A stretch of 64,000 nucleotides of DNA from Sediminibacterium sp. (lineage in GTDB: Bacteria; Bacteroidota; Bacteroidia; Chitinophagales; Chitinophagaceae), in the NCBI GenBank assembly GCA_049314475.1, contig JBMOFB010000001.1:3047-67046 (forward strand), read 5' to 3'. How positions within the stretch are numbered: the first letter of the stretch is position 1; the number at the start of each line of letters is the position of its first letter. The position numbers and the translations under genes are program-made. Of the stretch, positions 19,867 to 29,982 are shown one piece after another. The notes under the pieces are model-generated. The model made no database searches. It was not told where the DNA came from and saw only the letters and a list, made by a program, of their open reading frames with translations.

Positions 19867-19871
19867 TCTTT

Positions 19872-20318
19872 TTAAAGGTTGGGATTCACATAATTGGGGA
19901 ACTGATGCAACATATGCAGGTTCCCCATTTTTATTTCTGCACCAATCGTTTGTTGTCCATTAGATGCGATTAAATATTTTGCATCTAGCACTTGTTGGTA
20001 TTGCAATAATTGCAGAATCGTTTTTTCATTGAGGTCAGTATTTCCTTCCTTACATTCGATAATCATCCATGGTGTTGTTCCATGATATACAAGGATATCA
20101 AATCTTTTATTGAGTGCTCCCAATTGAATTGTTTTTTCAATTGCAATCAATTCAATGGGGTATTTGCAAACTTGAATGAGGTATTGTAAAAGGTTTTGTC
20201 TAACCCATTCTTCTGGCGTGAGTGCGACCCATTTTTTTCTACAAGGATCAAAGATTTGGTCTTTCCCGCCAATTGATTGGACTTTAAAGTCATAAGATGG
20301 GAAATCAACTAAAATCAT
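19872..20318 (-). CDS. Stand-alone HsdR N-terminal-like (PD-D/ExK) domain protein
   Basis: RKKWV.LTPEEWVRQ, RFDI...IIECK; no helicase domain. Confidence 0.85.
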   Translation of the reverse strand: MILVDFPSYDFKVQSIGGKDQIFDPCRKKWVALTPEEWVRQNLLQYLIQVCKYPIELIAIEKTIQLGALNKRFDILVYHGTTPWMIIECKEGNTDLNEKTILQLLQYQQVLDAKYLIASNGQQTIGAEIKMGNLHMLHQFPNYVNPNL

Positions 20319-20370
20319 GAATTAAAAAAAATAGGGTATTTTTATATAGTCGTTAGCCAAAGATAAGCTT

Positions 20371-21141
20371 ATGAAAACAAAAGAAGAAATTGTAGAAAAC
20401 TGGTTACCAAGGTATACTGGAGCAAGTTTGGATCAATTTGGCAAGTATATTCTATTGACCAATTTCAGCAATTATGTCAAGATGTTTGCAGAAAGACATC
20501 AGGTAGAAATCATTGGTATTGATCGTCCAATGCAATGCGCCACTGCCGAAGGCATTACCATTATTAATTTTGGAATGGGCAGTCCGGGTGCCGCAACTGT
20601 GATGGATTTATTAACTGCAATTCAACCCGAAGCTGTTTTGTTTTTAGGAAAATGTGGAGGGTTAAAGAAAAGAAATAAAGTAGGGGATTTAATACTGCCA
20701 ATTGCCGCATTAAGAGGAGAGGGTACCTCAAATGATTATTTCCCTCCAGAAGTACCAGCCTTACCTGCCTTTGCTTTACAAAAAGCAATTTCAACCACCA
20801 TTAGAGATAACAATGTAGATTATTGGACTGGAACAGTCTACACCACCAACCGAAGAGTCTGGGAGCATGATGAAGAATTTAAAAACTACTTAACCAAGGT
20901 GAGGGCTTATGCCATTGATATGGAAACTGCCACCATCTTTACAGTCGGATTTTATAATAAGATTCCAACAGGTGCTTTATTGTTGGTGAGCGATTCTCCA
21001 ATGGTACCTGAGGGCGTAAAAACAGAAGCAAGCGATAGTAAAGTAACCGCTGAATTTGTAGAGCGCCATTTATCTATTGGTATTGAATCATTGAAACAAT
21101 TAATCAACGGCGGCTTGACCGTGCGACATTTGCAATTCTAA
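20371..21141 (+). CDS. amn: AMP nucleosidase (Bacteroidota short form)
   Basis: NWLPRYTG, FGMGS, FLGKCGGL, IDMETAT. Confidence 0.9.
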   Translation: MKTKEEIVENWLPRYTGASLDQFGKYILLTNFSNYVKMFAERHQVEIIGIDRPMQCATAEGITIINFGMGSPGAATVMDLLTAIQPEAVLFLGKCGGLKKRNKVGDLILPIAALRGEGTSNDYFPPEVPALPAFALQKAISTTIRDNNVDYWTGTVYTTNRRVWEHDEEFKNYLTKVRAYAIDMETATIFTVGFYNKIPTGALLLVSDSPMVPEGVKTEASDSKVTAEFVERHLSIGIESLKQLINGGLTVRHLQF

Positions 21142-21162
21142 ATTAGTGGTTACTTTTTTGAA

Positions 21163-21825
21163 CTAGTCTTTCCACAAGAATGGAAAAAGTATGTAAGCAA
21201 GTGCAACAATCATGATGTCAAACCCAACCAATAATCCGACAAGTTGAGGTAAGCCATTTTGTACAATATCAGAAAAAGCAATATTGGCAATTTTCATCAA
21301 TAAAAGAAGTTGAGGAATAATTAAAGGGAATCCTAGTATAGCCATGATAGCAGAAGGTTGTTGCGCTTTAGCTGCGATGGCTGCTAAAAAACTAAATACC
21401 AAACTCAAACTAATTCCACCAAGGCAACTTAGTCCAAAGAATAATACAATATGTGTTAATGGATTGCCAAGCAAAACCATAAAGAGCATTAAACTTAGTG
21501 CACTCATGGTACACATGAGTAAGCTATTGAAAATGAGTTTTGAAAATATAAAATTTACAGGGCTTACAATGGAATAAAAATAAAGCATTCTTCCTCGACC
21601 TTCCTGTAAAAAACTTCTTGCAACAGCATTGATACAAATAAAAAGTAAAGTGATCCAATAGAGTCCATTCCATACTTTATCCTCTGGAAGACCCATGGTT
21701 AAGTAGATCACAAAAGTGGTAGATGCTAAATAAATTAAGATACCAAAAAAAGTATACTGCTGTCTCCATTCAAGCAGCAAGTCTTTTTTTAAAAGGGTGG
21801 CGATATTTTTTAGGGATGCATTCAT
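21163..21825 (-). CDS. ccmB: Heme exporter permease CcmB
   Basis: KKDLLLEWR start, about 6 TM, LGFPLIIP, FPFLWKD end; start moved to ATG 21825. Confidence 0.85.
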   Translation of the reverse strand: MNASLKNIATLLKKDLLLEWRQQYTFFGILIYLASTTFVIYLTMGLPEDKVWNGLYWITLLFICINAVARSFLQEGRGRMLYFYSIVSPVNFIFSKLIFNSLLMCTMSALSLMLFMVLLGNPLTHIVLFFGLSCLGGISLSLVFSFLAAIAAKAQQPSAIMAILGFPLIIPQLLLLMKIANIAFSDIVQNGLPQLVGLLVGFDIMIVALAYILFPFLWKD

Positions 21826-21838
21826 AAAGCGTATAGGC

Positions 21839-22402
21839 TTATTTTGCTGCGCAGATTCTACATCTTGGTTCGTAATTATTTTTTTCACCTAATACAACCG
21901 TACCTTCTTCGGCACTCGTTCTGTAAGATACATTGGCAAGGTGTCCACATTGTACACAGATGGCATGTAGTTTGGTGATGAAATCAGCGATGGCTAAAAG
22001 TTGTGGCATAGGTCCAAAAGGCTTACCTAAATAATCCATATCCAAGCCAGCTAAAATGACACGTTTGCCCTGCATCACTAGTGTTTCACAAACAGGAATA
22101 ATCCCACCATCAAAAAACTGTGCTTCGTCAATTCCAACTACATCTGCCTCTTTTGCAAGTAATAATATATCCTTTAAATTTTCTATTGGAATAGAAGAAA
22201 TGGTGTTGGCATCATGACTCACCACCTTCTCTTTATCAAATCTGGTATCAGTAGCAGGTTTATAGATAGCTACTTTTAAATTGGCAATTTGTGCTCTTTT
22301 AAGTCTTCTAATCAACTCTTCTGTTTTGCCGCTAAACATACTACCGCATACGACTTCCAGCCAGCCTCTCTTCTCTTTTGAAAAATTTTGTTCAATAAAC
22401 AT
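21839..22402 (-). CDS. tdk: Thymidine kinase
   Basis: [19 protein letters not shown], Zn cysteines. Confidence 0.97.
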   Translation of the reverse strand: MFIEQNFSKEKRGWLEVVCGSMFSGKTEELIRRLKRAQIANLKVAIYKPATDTRFDKEKVVSHDANTISSIPIENLKDILLLAKEADVVGIDEAQFFDGGIIPVCETLVMQGKRVILAGLDMDYLGKPFGPMPQLLAIADFITKLHAICVQCGHLANVSYRTSAEEGTVVLGEKNNYEPRCRICAAK

Positions 22403-22476
22403 AGACAATAATGCAATTTCTTTTTCGTTCTTTAATAAATCCTATTTCTTTAATTCCTTCAAAAGTAGACATTCCT

Positions 22477-23076
22477 ATGGAAAGAGTTGCCGCTTTGGTT
22501 GAAAAATTAACCAATCAATTGGCCGAAAAGGCAGACAAAAGTCAATTAAAACAGACGGCTGTCCAATTGCTAGCAGCCTTATCAGAAACAGATCAATTTA
22601 ACAATCTTCCTAATAACGTATCCGTGATGATTCCAAGTGTTGCTGAAGAAGCTACTGATGTAATTGCTAAAGTCATTGATAGTCCTATACCTGAACAGCA
22701 ACCTGCGGAAGTAAGGATTCCTAATTTACCAAAATTAGAAACTGTTGAACCTATTGCACCCAAAATACCTGAGTCAATTTCAAAGGAGATCAATGCCACC
22801 ATTACGAATACAGAACTACAAGAAAAATTAGCATTGGACCCAATCAAAGACTTGAAAGCAGCCATAGGAATCAATGATAAATTTCAGTTTATTGCAACTC
22901 TTTTTGGTGGAGATGAAAAAGCATTTGAACAAGCTGTCAAAACCATTAATGGATTTAAAATATATGCAGAAGCACAATTTTGGATTAAATCTAATTTAAG
23001 GGAACAAAACAAATGGGACGATACAACAGATGTGGTTAAAGCATTTGACCTGTTGGTGAAACGTAGATTTGCTTAA
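22477..23076 (+). CDS. Hypothetical protein with conserved-looking C-terminal domain
   Basis: Low-complexity middle; C-terminal DLK.AIGINDKFQFI..LF...LVKRRF; start moved to ATG 22477. Confidence 0.75.
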   Translation: MERVAALVEKLTNQLAEKADKSQLKQTAVQLLAALSETDQFNNLPNNVSVMIPSVAEEATDVIAKVIDSPIPEQQPAEVRIPNLPKLETVEPIAPKIPESISKEINATITNTELQEKLALDPIKDLKAAIGINDKFQFIATLFGGDEKAFEQAVKTINGFKIYAEAQFWIKSNLREQNKWDDTTDVVKAFDLLVKRRFA

Positions 23077-24298
23077 AATAATTGATTGTTTTTTGGGTCG
23101 CACCTGCATTGTCTTGAACATATTTAGCAGCGGCATCACCTGTAACTTCGCAAAAAGCGTCGTCGTTTAAAAATCTTTCTAGGGTTTTGTTAAAACTTTT
23201 AGTATCCTTAATTCTGACACCACCATTTGCATTGCGTAATCCAATTGCCTCCTGGTATTTTGCATCATTTGGTCCCCAAATTACTGGCTTACCAAATACA
23301 GCAGCTTCTAATACATTGTGGATACCATCCTTTGTAAATCCGCCTCCTATATAGGCGATATCAGCGTATTGATATAAATGACTTAACAGTCCAATTTGAT
23401 CTACAATCAAAACCATTGGCTTTTCCATTTGATTAGATTGCGTTAACCATTTAGACAAGCAAATTGAGTGATCAAAATGCGCTTGACATGCTTTGATAGA
23501 TGCTTGATCCACATGGTGCGGTACAATGATCCAATTGTATGGATCCATATTAACCAAATTAGTTCCAATTAAATGATGGTCTTGCTCCCAAGTACTTCCA
23601 GCAATAATAATTTTACTATGCGCTAATCTTGATACCCATTCAATGGATATTTTGGCTGCTACAATATCCAGCACACGATCAAAACGCGTGTCTCCACTAA
23701 TGGCTAAATGTGTATGCTTTAAAAGCGGACTGATTAATGTTTTTGAGGTGAAATCTTGTACTAAAATGCCAGTGAATAAAGGCAACATAGAACGATAAAA
23801 TCCACCATAGAATTTGAAAAAAATTTGATCCGGTCTAAAAATTGCAGATGCTAAAATGGTCGGTATTTTTTTTGTTGCGGCTAACTTTAAATAGTAGTAC
23901 CAAAATTCATATTTTATAAAAACAATGCATTTTGGTTGAACCATATTCATCCACCTATTTGCTGCGCTAGGACCGTCTAATGGGAGATAGGAAATAAAGT
24001 CAACATCTGGATGATGCTTATGGTGTAAGTATCCTGAAGGAGAAAAAAAAGTCACCCAAATTTGATGGCTAGGGTAGTTTTTTTTTAAGGCACTGATGAT
24101 TGGAAAACCCTGTTCAAATTCACCATATGAGGCACAGTGTACCCAAATAATCGGCCCCTTAATTTGACTACATAAAAAGCTTACTTCTTCCCACACCTTT
24201 TGCTGCCCCTCCACCCAATACTTAGCCTTCTCATTAAATGGACTAATAAGCTTTGCTAAAATTGGGTAAATCAATAAAAACAGTCGATATAGTATCAT
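23036..24298 (-). CDS. waaA: Kdo transferase
   Basis: IWVHCAS.GE, YLPLD, KYEFW, GDTRFD, AGSTW, HNVLEAA. Confidence 0.95.
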   Translation of the reverse strand: MILYRLFLLIYPILAKLISPFNEKAKYWVEGQQKVWEEVSFLCSQIKGPIIWVHCASYGEFEQGFPIISALKKNYPSHQIWVTFFSPSGYLHHKHHPDVDFISYLPLDGPSAANRWMNMVQPKCIVFIKYEFWYYYLKLAATKKIPTILASAIFRPDQIFFKFYGGFYRSMLPLFTGILVQDFTSKTLISPLLKHTHLAISGDTRFDRVLDIVAAKISIEWVSRLAHSKIIIAGSTWEQDHHLIGTNLVNMDPYNWIIVPHHVDQASIKACQAHFDHSICLSKWLTQSNQMEKPMVLIVDQIGLLSHLYQYADIAYIGGGFTKDGIHNVLEAAVFGKPVIWGPNDAKYQEAIGLRNANGGVRIKDTKSFNKTLERFLNDDAFCEVTGDAAAKYVQDNAGATQKTINYFKQIYVSPTGQML

Positions 24299-24385
24299 AA
24301 TAACGGGCTATTGCAAAGATGGGATACAAAGGGGGTATTTCCACCTTTTTGGCCATTTTATTGTAATTTTGGTAAAATTCATTGG

Positions 24386-25522
24386 ATGCGAAAAATACAA
24401 ATGGTAGATACAAAAAATCAGTATCTAGCCATCAAAGAAGAAGTCGATCAGGCCATACAAAATGTATTGGATAGTGCTGCCTATATCAATGGTAAAGCAG
24501 TCCAAGATTTTTCAAAAAATTTAGCGAATTATTTAGGGGTACAATATGTGGTGCCTTGCGCCAATGGAACAGATGCGCTTCAGATTGCAATGATGGCACT
24601 CGACTTACAACCAGGGGATGAAGTCATCACCCCTTCATTTACCTATATCGCTACCACAGAAGTAGTGGCTTTATTAAAATTAACGCCTGTTTTTGTAGAT
24701 GTAGACCCTGTGACTTATTGCATGGATATTGAAAGTTTGAAAAAAGCAATTACACCAAAGACTAAAGCGATTGTCCCTGTACATTTATATGGACATGCTG
24801 CACCAATGGAGGAAATTTTAGAAATTGCAAAGCAACACAACTTATATGTGATAGAGGACAATGCACAAGCGATAGGTGCAGATTATACTTTCTCTGATGG
24901 TACCGTAAAAAAAACGGGTACTATGGGTCATATTGGTGCGACTTCTTTTTATCCAAGTAAAAATTTAGGTGCATTTGGGGATGGGGGTGCCATTTTTTCT
25001 AATGATAAAGCCTTAGCAGATAAAATGGCAATGATTGCCAATCATGGACAATCCGCACGTTATTATCATGATGTAGTTGGTTGTAATTCAAGATTGGATT
25101 CGATACAAGCAGCTATCTTGAATATTAAACTAGGAAAGTTAGATACGTATAACAAGGCGAGACAAGCTGTTGCTGCTCATTATACGCAAGCATTTGCTGG
25201 CATGAATGAAATTGTGACGCCTGCTGTCGCCAATTATAGCACGCATGTGTTTCATCAGTATACGATTCAGTTGCAAGGTGTTGACAGAGAAAAATTCATT
25301 GCACATTTAGCAGCTAAAGAAATTCCTTGTATGATTTATTATCCTGTGCCGGGGCATCTTCAAAAAATGTTTGCATCAGAACAGCAGCATCAATGGGATT
25401 TAAAAGTAACAGATCAATTAACGCCTTGCGTTTGTTCATTACCAATTCATACAGAAATGGATCTGGAACAATTACAATATATTACAGAAGGGGTCCAATC
25501 ATTTTTTAATGCATCGCACTAA
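24386..25522 (+). CDS. DegT/DnrJ/EryC1/StrS sugar aminotransferase (GnnB-like)
   Basis: NGTDAL, IEDNAQA, SFYPSKNLG..GDGG; start moved to ATG 24386. Confidence 0.92.
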   Translation: MRKIQMVDTKNQYLAIKEEVDQAIQNVLDSAAYINGKAVQDFSKNLANYLGVQYVVPCANGTDALQIAMMALDLQPGDEVITPSFTYIATTEVVALLKLTPVFVDVDPVTYCMDIESLKKAITPKTKAIVPVHLYGHAAPMEEILEIAKQHNLYVIEDNAQAIGADYTFSDGTVKKTGTMGHIGATSFYPSKNLGAFGDGGAIFSNDKALADKMAMIANHGQSARYYHDVVGCNSRLDSIQAAILNIKLGKLDTYNKARQAVAAHYTQAFAGMNEIVTPAVANYSTHVFHQYTIQLQGVDREKFIAHLAAKEIPCMIYYPVPGHLQKMFASEQQHQWDLKVTDQLTPCVCSLPIHTEMDLEQLQYITEGVQSFFNASH

Positions 25523-25532
25523 AATAATTTAG

Positions 25533-26855
25533 ATGAAAATAGCAGTTGTAGGCACAGGATACGTAGGATTGGTTACAGGAACTTGTTTCGCAGAAACAGG
25601 TAATAAAGTGACTTGCGTGGACATTGATAAATCAAAAGTAGAAAAATTAAGCGGTGGTCAAATCACCATCTACGAACCAGGTTTAGAGAAAATCTTTTTA
25701 AGAAATATCAAAGAAGAGCGTTTAAGATTCACCACACAGTTAGAGGAAGCGGTGGAAGATGCTGAGATTATATTTTTAGCCTTACCAACACCTCCGGGTG
25801 CGGATGGAAGTGCAGATTTAAAATATGTATTGGGTGTGGCAGATCATTTAGGAAAGATTTTAAAGGGCTATAAGGTAATCGTGAATAAGAGCACGGTGCC
25901 AATTGGTACTGCAGATAAAGTAAGCGCAGCGATTGCACAAAACTATAAAGGTGAGTATGATGTAGTGAGTAACCCTGAGTTTTTGAGAGAGGGTGTGGCG
26001 GTGGATGATTTTATGAAACCAGACAGAGTAGTGGTAGGTACAAGATCAGAGAGAGCGAAAAAATTAATGAGTGAATTATATGCGCCCTTTGTGAGACAGG
26101 GTAACCCAGTGATTTTTATGGATGAGCGTAGTTCGGAGTTAACGAAGTATGCTGCAAATAGTTTCCTCGCAACTAAGATCTCCTTCATGAATGAGATCTC
26201 TCAATTATGTGAGCGCATGGGGGCGGACGTGGACATGGTAAGAAGAGGGATTGGATCGGATGACAGAATAGGCAAGCGCTTTTTATTCCCAGGCATTGGC
26301 TATGGTGGATCTTGTTTCCCAAAAGATGTGCAAGCTTTAATTATGTCATCGGACGAAGTTAAATATGATTTTGAGATTTTAAAGGCGGTTGAAAAAGTCA
26401 ACGCCAATCAAAAATTACATTTAGTTCAAAAGATTAAGGCGTTTTATAATAACGATTTACAAGGCAAGCATTTTGCATTATGGGGCTTAGCGTTCAAGCC
26501 GAATACAGACGATATCAGAGAAGCCCCAGCATTGAGTATTATTGACGCATTAATATCAGCAGGCGCTACTGTAACTGCTTACGATCCAGAAGCGATGTCC
26601 AATGTAAAAGGAGAGATAGGAGATAAGATTAACTACGCAGAGAATCAATACCATGCTTTACAAAATGCAGCAGCTTTGATTATTGCAACAGAGTGGAGTG
26701 AGTTTAGAACACCTGATTTCGAACGCATGGAAAAAGAGATCAAATACAAAATCATTTTTGATGGCCGAAACTTATTTGATGTAGCCAAGATGAAGGACTT
26801 AGGCTATCATTATGAGAGTATTGGAAGAGCAGACTCTAATACACTCACTAATTAA
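25533..26855 (+). CDS. ugd: UDP-glucose 6-dehydrogenase
   Basis: [34 protein letters not shown]. Confidence 0.95.
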   Translation: MKIAVVGTGYVGLVTGTCFAETGNKVTCVDIDKSKVEKLSGGQITIYEPGLEKIFLRNIKEERLRFTTQLEEAVEDAEIIFLALPTPPGADGSADLKYVLGVADHLGKILKGYKVIVNKSTVPIGTADKVSAAIAQNYKGEYDVVSNPEFLREGVAVDDFMKPDRVVVGTRSERAKKLMSELYAPFVRQGNPVIFMDERSSELTKYAANSFLATKISFMNEISQLCERMGADVDMVRRGIGSDDRIGKRFLFPGIGYGGSCFPKDVQALIMSSDEVKYDFEILKAVEKVNANQKLHLVQKIKAFYNNDLQGKHFALWGLAFKPNTDDIREAPALSIIDALISAGATVTAYDPEAMSNVKGEIGDKINYAENQYHALQNAAALIIATEWSEFRTPDFERMEKEIKYKIIFDGRNLFDVAKMKDLGYHYESIGRADSNTLTN

Positions 26856-26895
26856 AGACTCAACACACACAAAAGCACTACTTAACAACAGCAAG

Positions 26896-27876
26896 ATGAG
26901 TCAAAAAAGAATTTTAATTACAGGCGCAGCTGGATTTTTAGGATCTCATTTGTGTGATCGATTTATCAAAGAAGGGTATTATGTGATTGCAATGGATAAT
27001 TTAATCACAGGAGACTTGATGAATATTGAGCACCTAAGATCGAATCCAAATTTTGAATTCATCCACCATGATGTGACTAAATTCATTGACATCAAAGGCG
27101 ACCTGGATTATATTTTACATTTTGCCTCACCAGCAAGTCCGATTGATTATTTAAAAATCCCTATCCAAACTTTGAAAGTGGGTGCCATGGGTACACATAA
27201 TTGTTTGGGCCTAGCCAAAGCCAAAGGAGCAAGAATACTCGTGGCAAGTACGAGCGAAGTATACGGAGATCCACTCGTGCATCCACAAACAGAGGAGTAT
27301 TGGGGTAATGTGAATCCAGTGGGTCCAAGAGGGGTGTATGATGAAGCAAAACGTTATATGGAATCCATCACCATGGCTTACCATACCTTCCATCAAGTAG
27401 AAACTAGAATCATTCGCATCTTTAATACTTATGGTCCTAGAATGCGTTTAAACGATGGAAGAGCATTACCTGCATTCATTGGTCAAGCCTTAAGAGGTGA
27501 GGACATGACGGTGTTTGGAGATGGCTCACAAACAAGAAGTTTCTGCTATGTAGATGATTTAGTAGAAGGCATTTATAGATTATTATTAAGCGACTATTCA
27601 AGTCCAGTGAATATTGGTAACCCGAATGAAATTAGCTTAAAGGATTTTGCAGAAGAAGTGTTGAAACTAACTGGCAACACCGTGAAGATTGTGTACAAGG
27701 ATTTACCTGTGGACGATCCAAAGCAAAGACAACCCGATATTACAAAAGCAAGAACCATATTAGGATGGGAGCCAAAAGTAGATCGAGCAGAAGGATTACA
27801 AAAAACATACGATTACTTTAAAGCATTACCACCAAGTGAGTGGACAAAATTGCCTAAAGAATTCATTTCAAAATAA
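26896..27876 (+). CDS. UDP-glucuronate decarboxylase (UDP-xylose synthase) family SDR
   Basis: [36 protein letters not shown]; start moved to ATG 26896. Confidence 0.92.
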   Translation: MSQKRILITGAAGFLGSHLCDRFIKEGYYVIAMDNLITGDLMNIEHLRSNPNFEFIHHDVTKFIDIKGDLDYILHFASPASPIDYLKIPIQTLKVGAMGTHNCLGLAKAKGARILVASTSEVYGDPLVHPQTEEYWGNVNPVGPRGVYDEAKRYMESITMAYHTFHQVETRIIRIFNTYGPRMRLNDGRALPAFIGQALRGEDMTVFGDGSQTRSFCYVDDLVEGIYRLLLSDYSSPVNIGNPNEISLKDFAEEVLKLTGNTVKIVYKDLPVDDPKQRQPDITKARTILGWEPKVDRAEGLQKTYDYFKALPPSEWTKLPKEFISK

Positions 27877-27896
27877 TTCTGGTAACATTTAATAAA

Positions 27897-27922
27897 AAGA
27901 GTTAATCATAAGAGTTAATCAT
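27897..27922. repeat. Perfect 13-bp tandem duplication AAGAGTTAATCAT x2
   Basis: Read directly upstream of rfbD. Confidence 0.85.
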
Positions 27923-27940
27923 TCAATTTAGTTATTCAAT

Positions 27941-28813
27941 ATGGCGATTCATAAAATTTTAGTAACAGGGGCCAATGGTCAATTGGGCTGGGAGTTAGGC
28001 CAACTTGCTTCAAATTATCCGGCATTTAAGTTTGTATTGGTGGATAGAAGCCAATTGGATTTAGCCTTTCCTGAATCATTTGAAAAAATTATTCAAACTA
28101 TTGCACCTGATTGTATTATTAATACCGCGGCATACACTGCTGTAGATAAATCTGAAACAGAAAAGGAACTATCGTATACCGTCAATGCAACTGCTGTTGA
28201 AGCATTAGCAGTTATCTGTAAAAATTTAGTCATTCCTTTTATAACATACTCAACGGATTATGTATTTGATGGAGCAGCAACAGCGCCCTATAACACCTCA
28301 ACAAAAGTAGATCCTGTGAATTATTATGGGTCTACAAAAGCTGCTGGGGAAAAAATGGCGATGGAAGCCAATGAGGATTCAATTGTGATTAGGACCTCAT
28401 GGGTATTTAGTAGCCATGGAAATAATTTTGTGAAGACGATGTTGCGTTTGATGAAGGAAAGAGATCAATTAAAAATCGTCGCAGATCAAAAGGGCAGACC
28501 AACTTACGCAAAAGATTTAGCCCTTGCAACAATGAAAATGATTGAGGCTATGAACGCCGGTAAGACAGTAAAAGGGATATATCATTTTGCAAATGGAGGA
28601 GAGACGACCTGGTTTGATTTTGCAGCCAAAATAAAAGCCATTGCGGGTCTAACCTGTGATGTACAACCAATTGAGACCAAAGATTTTCCAACACCTGCTA
28701 AAAGACCTGCCTTTTCTGTTTTAGATACTTCTAAAATTGAACAAGATGTAGAGATGGATATTCGCCATTGGGAGGATGCTTTAAAAGAGTGTATGAATCA
28801 TTTAAGTAAATAA
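27941..28813 (+). CDS. rfbD: dTDP-4-dehydrorhamnose reductase
   Basis: GANGQLG, AAYTAVD, STDYVFDG, YG.TK. Confidence 0.95.
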   Translation: MAIHKILVTGANGQLGWELGQLASNYPAFKFVLVDRSQLDLAFPESFEKIIQTIAPDCIINTAAYTAVDKSETEKELSYTVNATAVEALAVICKNLVIPFITYSTDYVFDGAATAPYNTSTKVDPVNYYGSTKAAGEKMAMEANEDSIVIRTSWVFSSHGNNFVKTMLRLMKERDQLKIVADQKGRPTYAKDLALATMKMIEAMNAGKTVKGIYHFANGGETTWFDFAAKIKAIAGLTCDVQPIETKDFPTPAKRPAFSVLDTSKIEQDVEMDIRHWEDALKECMNHLSK

Positions 28814-28904
28814 ATTTAATGGATCCATTTTCTACAAGGATGGACCTCCCTTTGGTCGGTCTTCCTTTCATTTTGGAAAATCCCAACATCAAATAATGAA
28901 GCCT

Positions 28905-28938
28905 CAAAGGCAGTTCTAGAAGCTGCCTTTGTTTTTTT
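28905..28938 (+). terminator. Intrinsic terminator after rfbD
   Basis: CAAAGGCAGTT-CTAGA-AGCTGCCTTTG plus T7. Confidence 0.8.
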
Positions 28939-28994
28939 ATGCCCTCATCGCTCCATTCAAGCAAGCTTGATGGATCTCTTCGGGCATAAAAAAA
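28932..28994 (-). repeat. REP-like long hairpin element with tandem G.A pairs and TCAAGC-TT-GCTTGA tip
   Basis: 13-bp perfect terminal inverted repeat TTTTTTTATGCCC / GGGCATAAAAAAA with nested inner stems. Confidence 0.65.
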
Positions 28995-29014
28995 ACCGCA
29001 ACTTACGTTGCGGC
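28988..29014 (-). terminator. Intrinsic terminator after tRNA-Gln
   Basis: CCGCAAC-GTAA-GTTGCGG plus T8 on minus strand. Confidence 0.8.
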
Positions 29015-29025
29015 TTATTTTATGT

Positions 29026-29099
29026 TGGTTGCCTGACCAGGATTCGAACCTAGACAAACTGCACCAAAAACAGTCGTGCTACCGTTACACAATCAGGCA
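29026..29099 (-). tRNA. tRNA-Gln(TTG), CCA encoded
   Basis: Acceptor TGCCTGA/TCAGGCA, anticodon arm ACTGT-TTTTGGT-GCAGT, TTCGAAT T loop. Confidence 0.95.
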
Positions 29100-29243
29100 A
29101 TCCTCTAGCCATTCTATGAATGGATTGCAAAAATAGGGTTAGACACAAAAATTTCCAAATTTTTGTTGGCTTAACTAAACAATATCTTGGTTTTGGCTTA
29201 ACTTAAACCTAGATTTTTAATGTAATAATTAAACAACTGACCA

Positions 29244-29915
29244 ATGCGTTTTACAATCATCCCTTATCTACTGATTCTAGCTTGTATTTGCTGTTTGTCT
29301 TTTGTACAAGATGGAAAGAAGAAGATTGTTTTTTTTGGGGACTCCATTACAGAATTGGGGGCTAATAAAGGAGGCTATATTGATCTTTTAAACAACCGAA
29401 TTGCAAATAATGGACAATCCAATCAGTATGAGTTGTTGGGAGCAGGTATTGGTGGAAATAAGATTTATGACTTATTCTTGAGACTTGAGAAAGATGTACT
29501 CAATAAAAATCCAAATGTAGTGGTAATTTGGGTGGGTGTAAATGATGTTTGGCATAAGTCCTTGATGGGCACAGGTACTGATTATGATAAATTTGGTTTA
29601 TTCTATGATGCAGTGGTGCAAAAAATTCAATCAAAAGGAGCTAAGGTTATTTTAGTTACTCCAGCTGTAATAGGGGAGCGCAATGATCAATCCAATCCCC
29701 AGGATGGTGAACTTAATTTATATGCTAATTGGATACGTCAGTATGCTGCTCAAAAGAATATTTCATTAGTAGATTGCAGGAAATTATTTTTGGACTATAG
29801 CATAAAAAATAATCCAAAGCAATTAGACAAGGGTTTTCTGACATATGATAGAGTGCATTTAAATGATGCAGGCAATCAATTGGTTGCAGACGCCATTTGG
29901 GATCAAATAAAGTAA
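29244..29915 (+). CDS. Secreted SGNH/GDSL hydrolase
   Basis: Signal peptide, FFGDSIT, G.ND, D.VH. Confidence 0.92.
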   Translation: MRFTIIPYLLILACICCLSFVQDGKKKIVFFGDSITELGANKGGYIDLLNNRIANNGQSNQYELLGAGIGGNKIYDLFLRLEKDVLNKNPNVVVIWVGVNDVWHKSLMGTGTDYDKFGLFYDAVVQKIQSKGAKVILVTPAVIGERNDQSNPQDGELNLYANWIRQYAAQKNISLVDCRKLFLDYSIKNNPKQLDKGFLTYDRVHLNDAGNQLVADAIWDQIK

Positions 29916-29965
29916 ACGAGGAAAATGAAGTAAACGAAGTAAATATTGTAAAAGAAGTAAATAAT
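29912..29965. repeat. Degenerate 9-bp tandem repeat (GTAAAnnAA-like) x6
   Basis: gtaaacgag gaaaatgaa gtaaacgaa gtaaatatt gtaaaagaa gtaaataat. Confidence 0.6.
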
Positions 29966-29982
29966 TAAGCAAACTAATTACT

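Noticed and set aside
19872-20318. HsdR-N domain as a restriction-modification or defence system
   Set aside because: No hsdM, hsdS or helicase domain; sits among housekeeping genes.
23036-23076. 41-nt convergent overlap of waaA with a hypothetical gene (also rsmB-like/mnmA, 26 nt)
   Set aside because: Short tail-to-tail overlaps are common in compact genomes; both proteins look complete.
28819-28896. 25-codon ORF or small RNA between rfbD and its terminator
   Set aside because: No recognisable motif; does not resemble SRP, tmRNA or RNase P RNA; cannot be supported by eye.
24386-29099. Sugar-nucleotide cluster as an island integrated at tRNA-Gln
   Set aside because: No integrase, and I noticed no duplicated tRNA 3' end.
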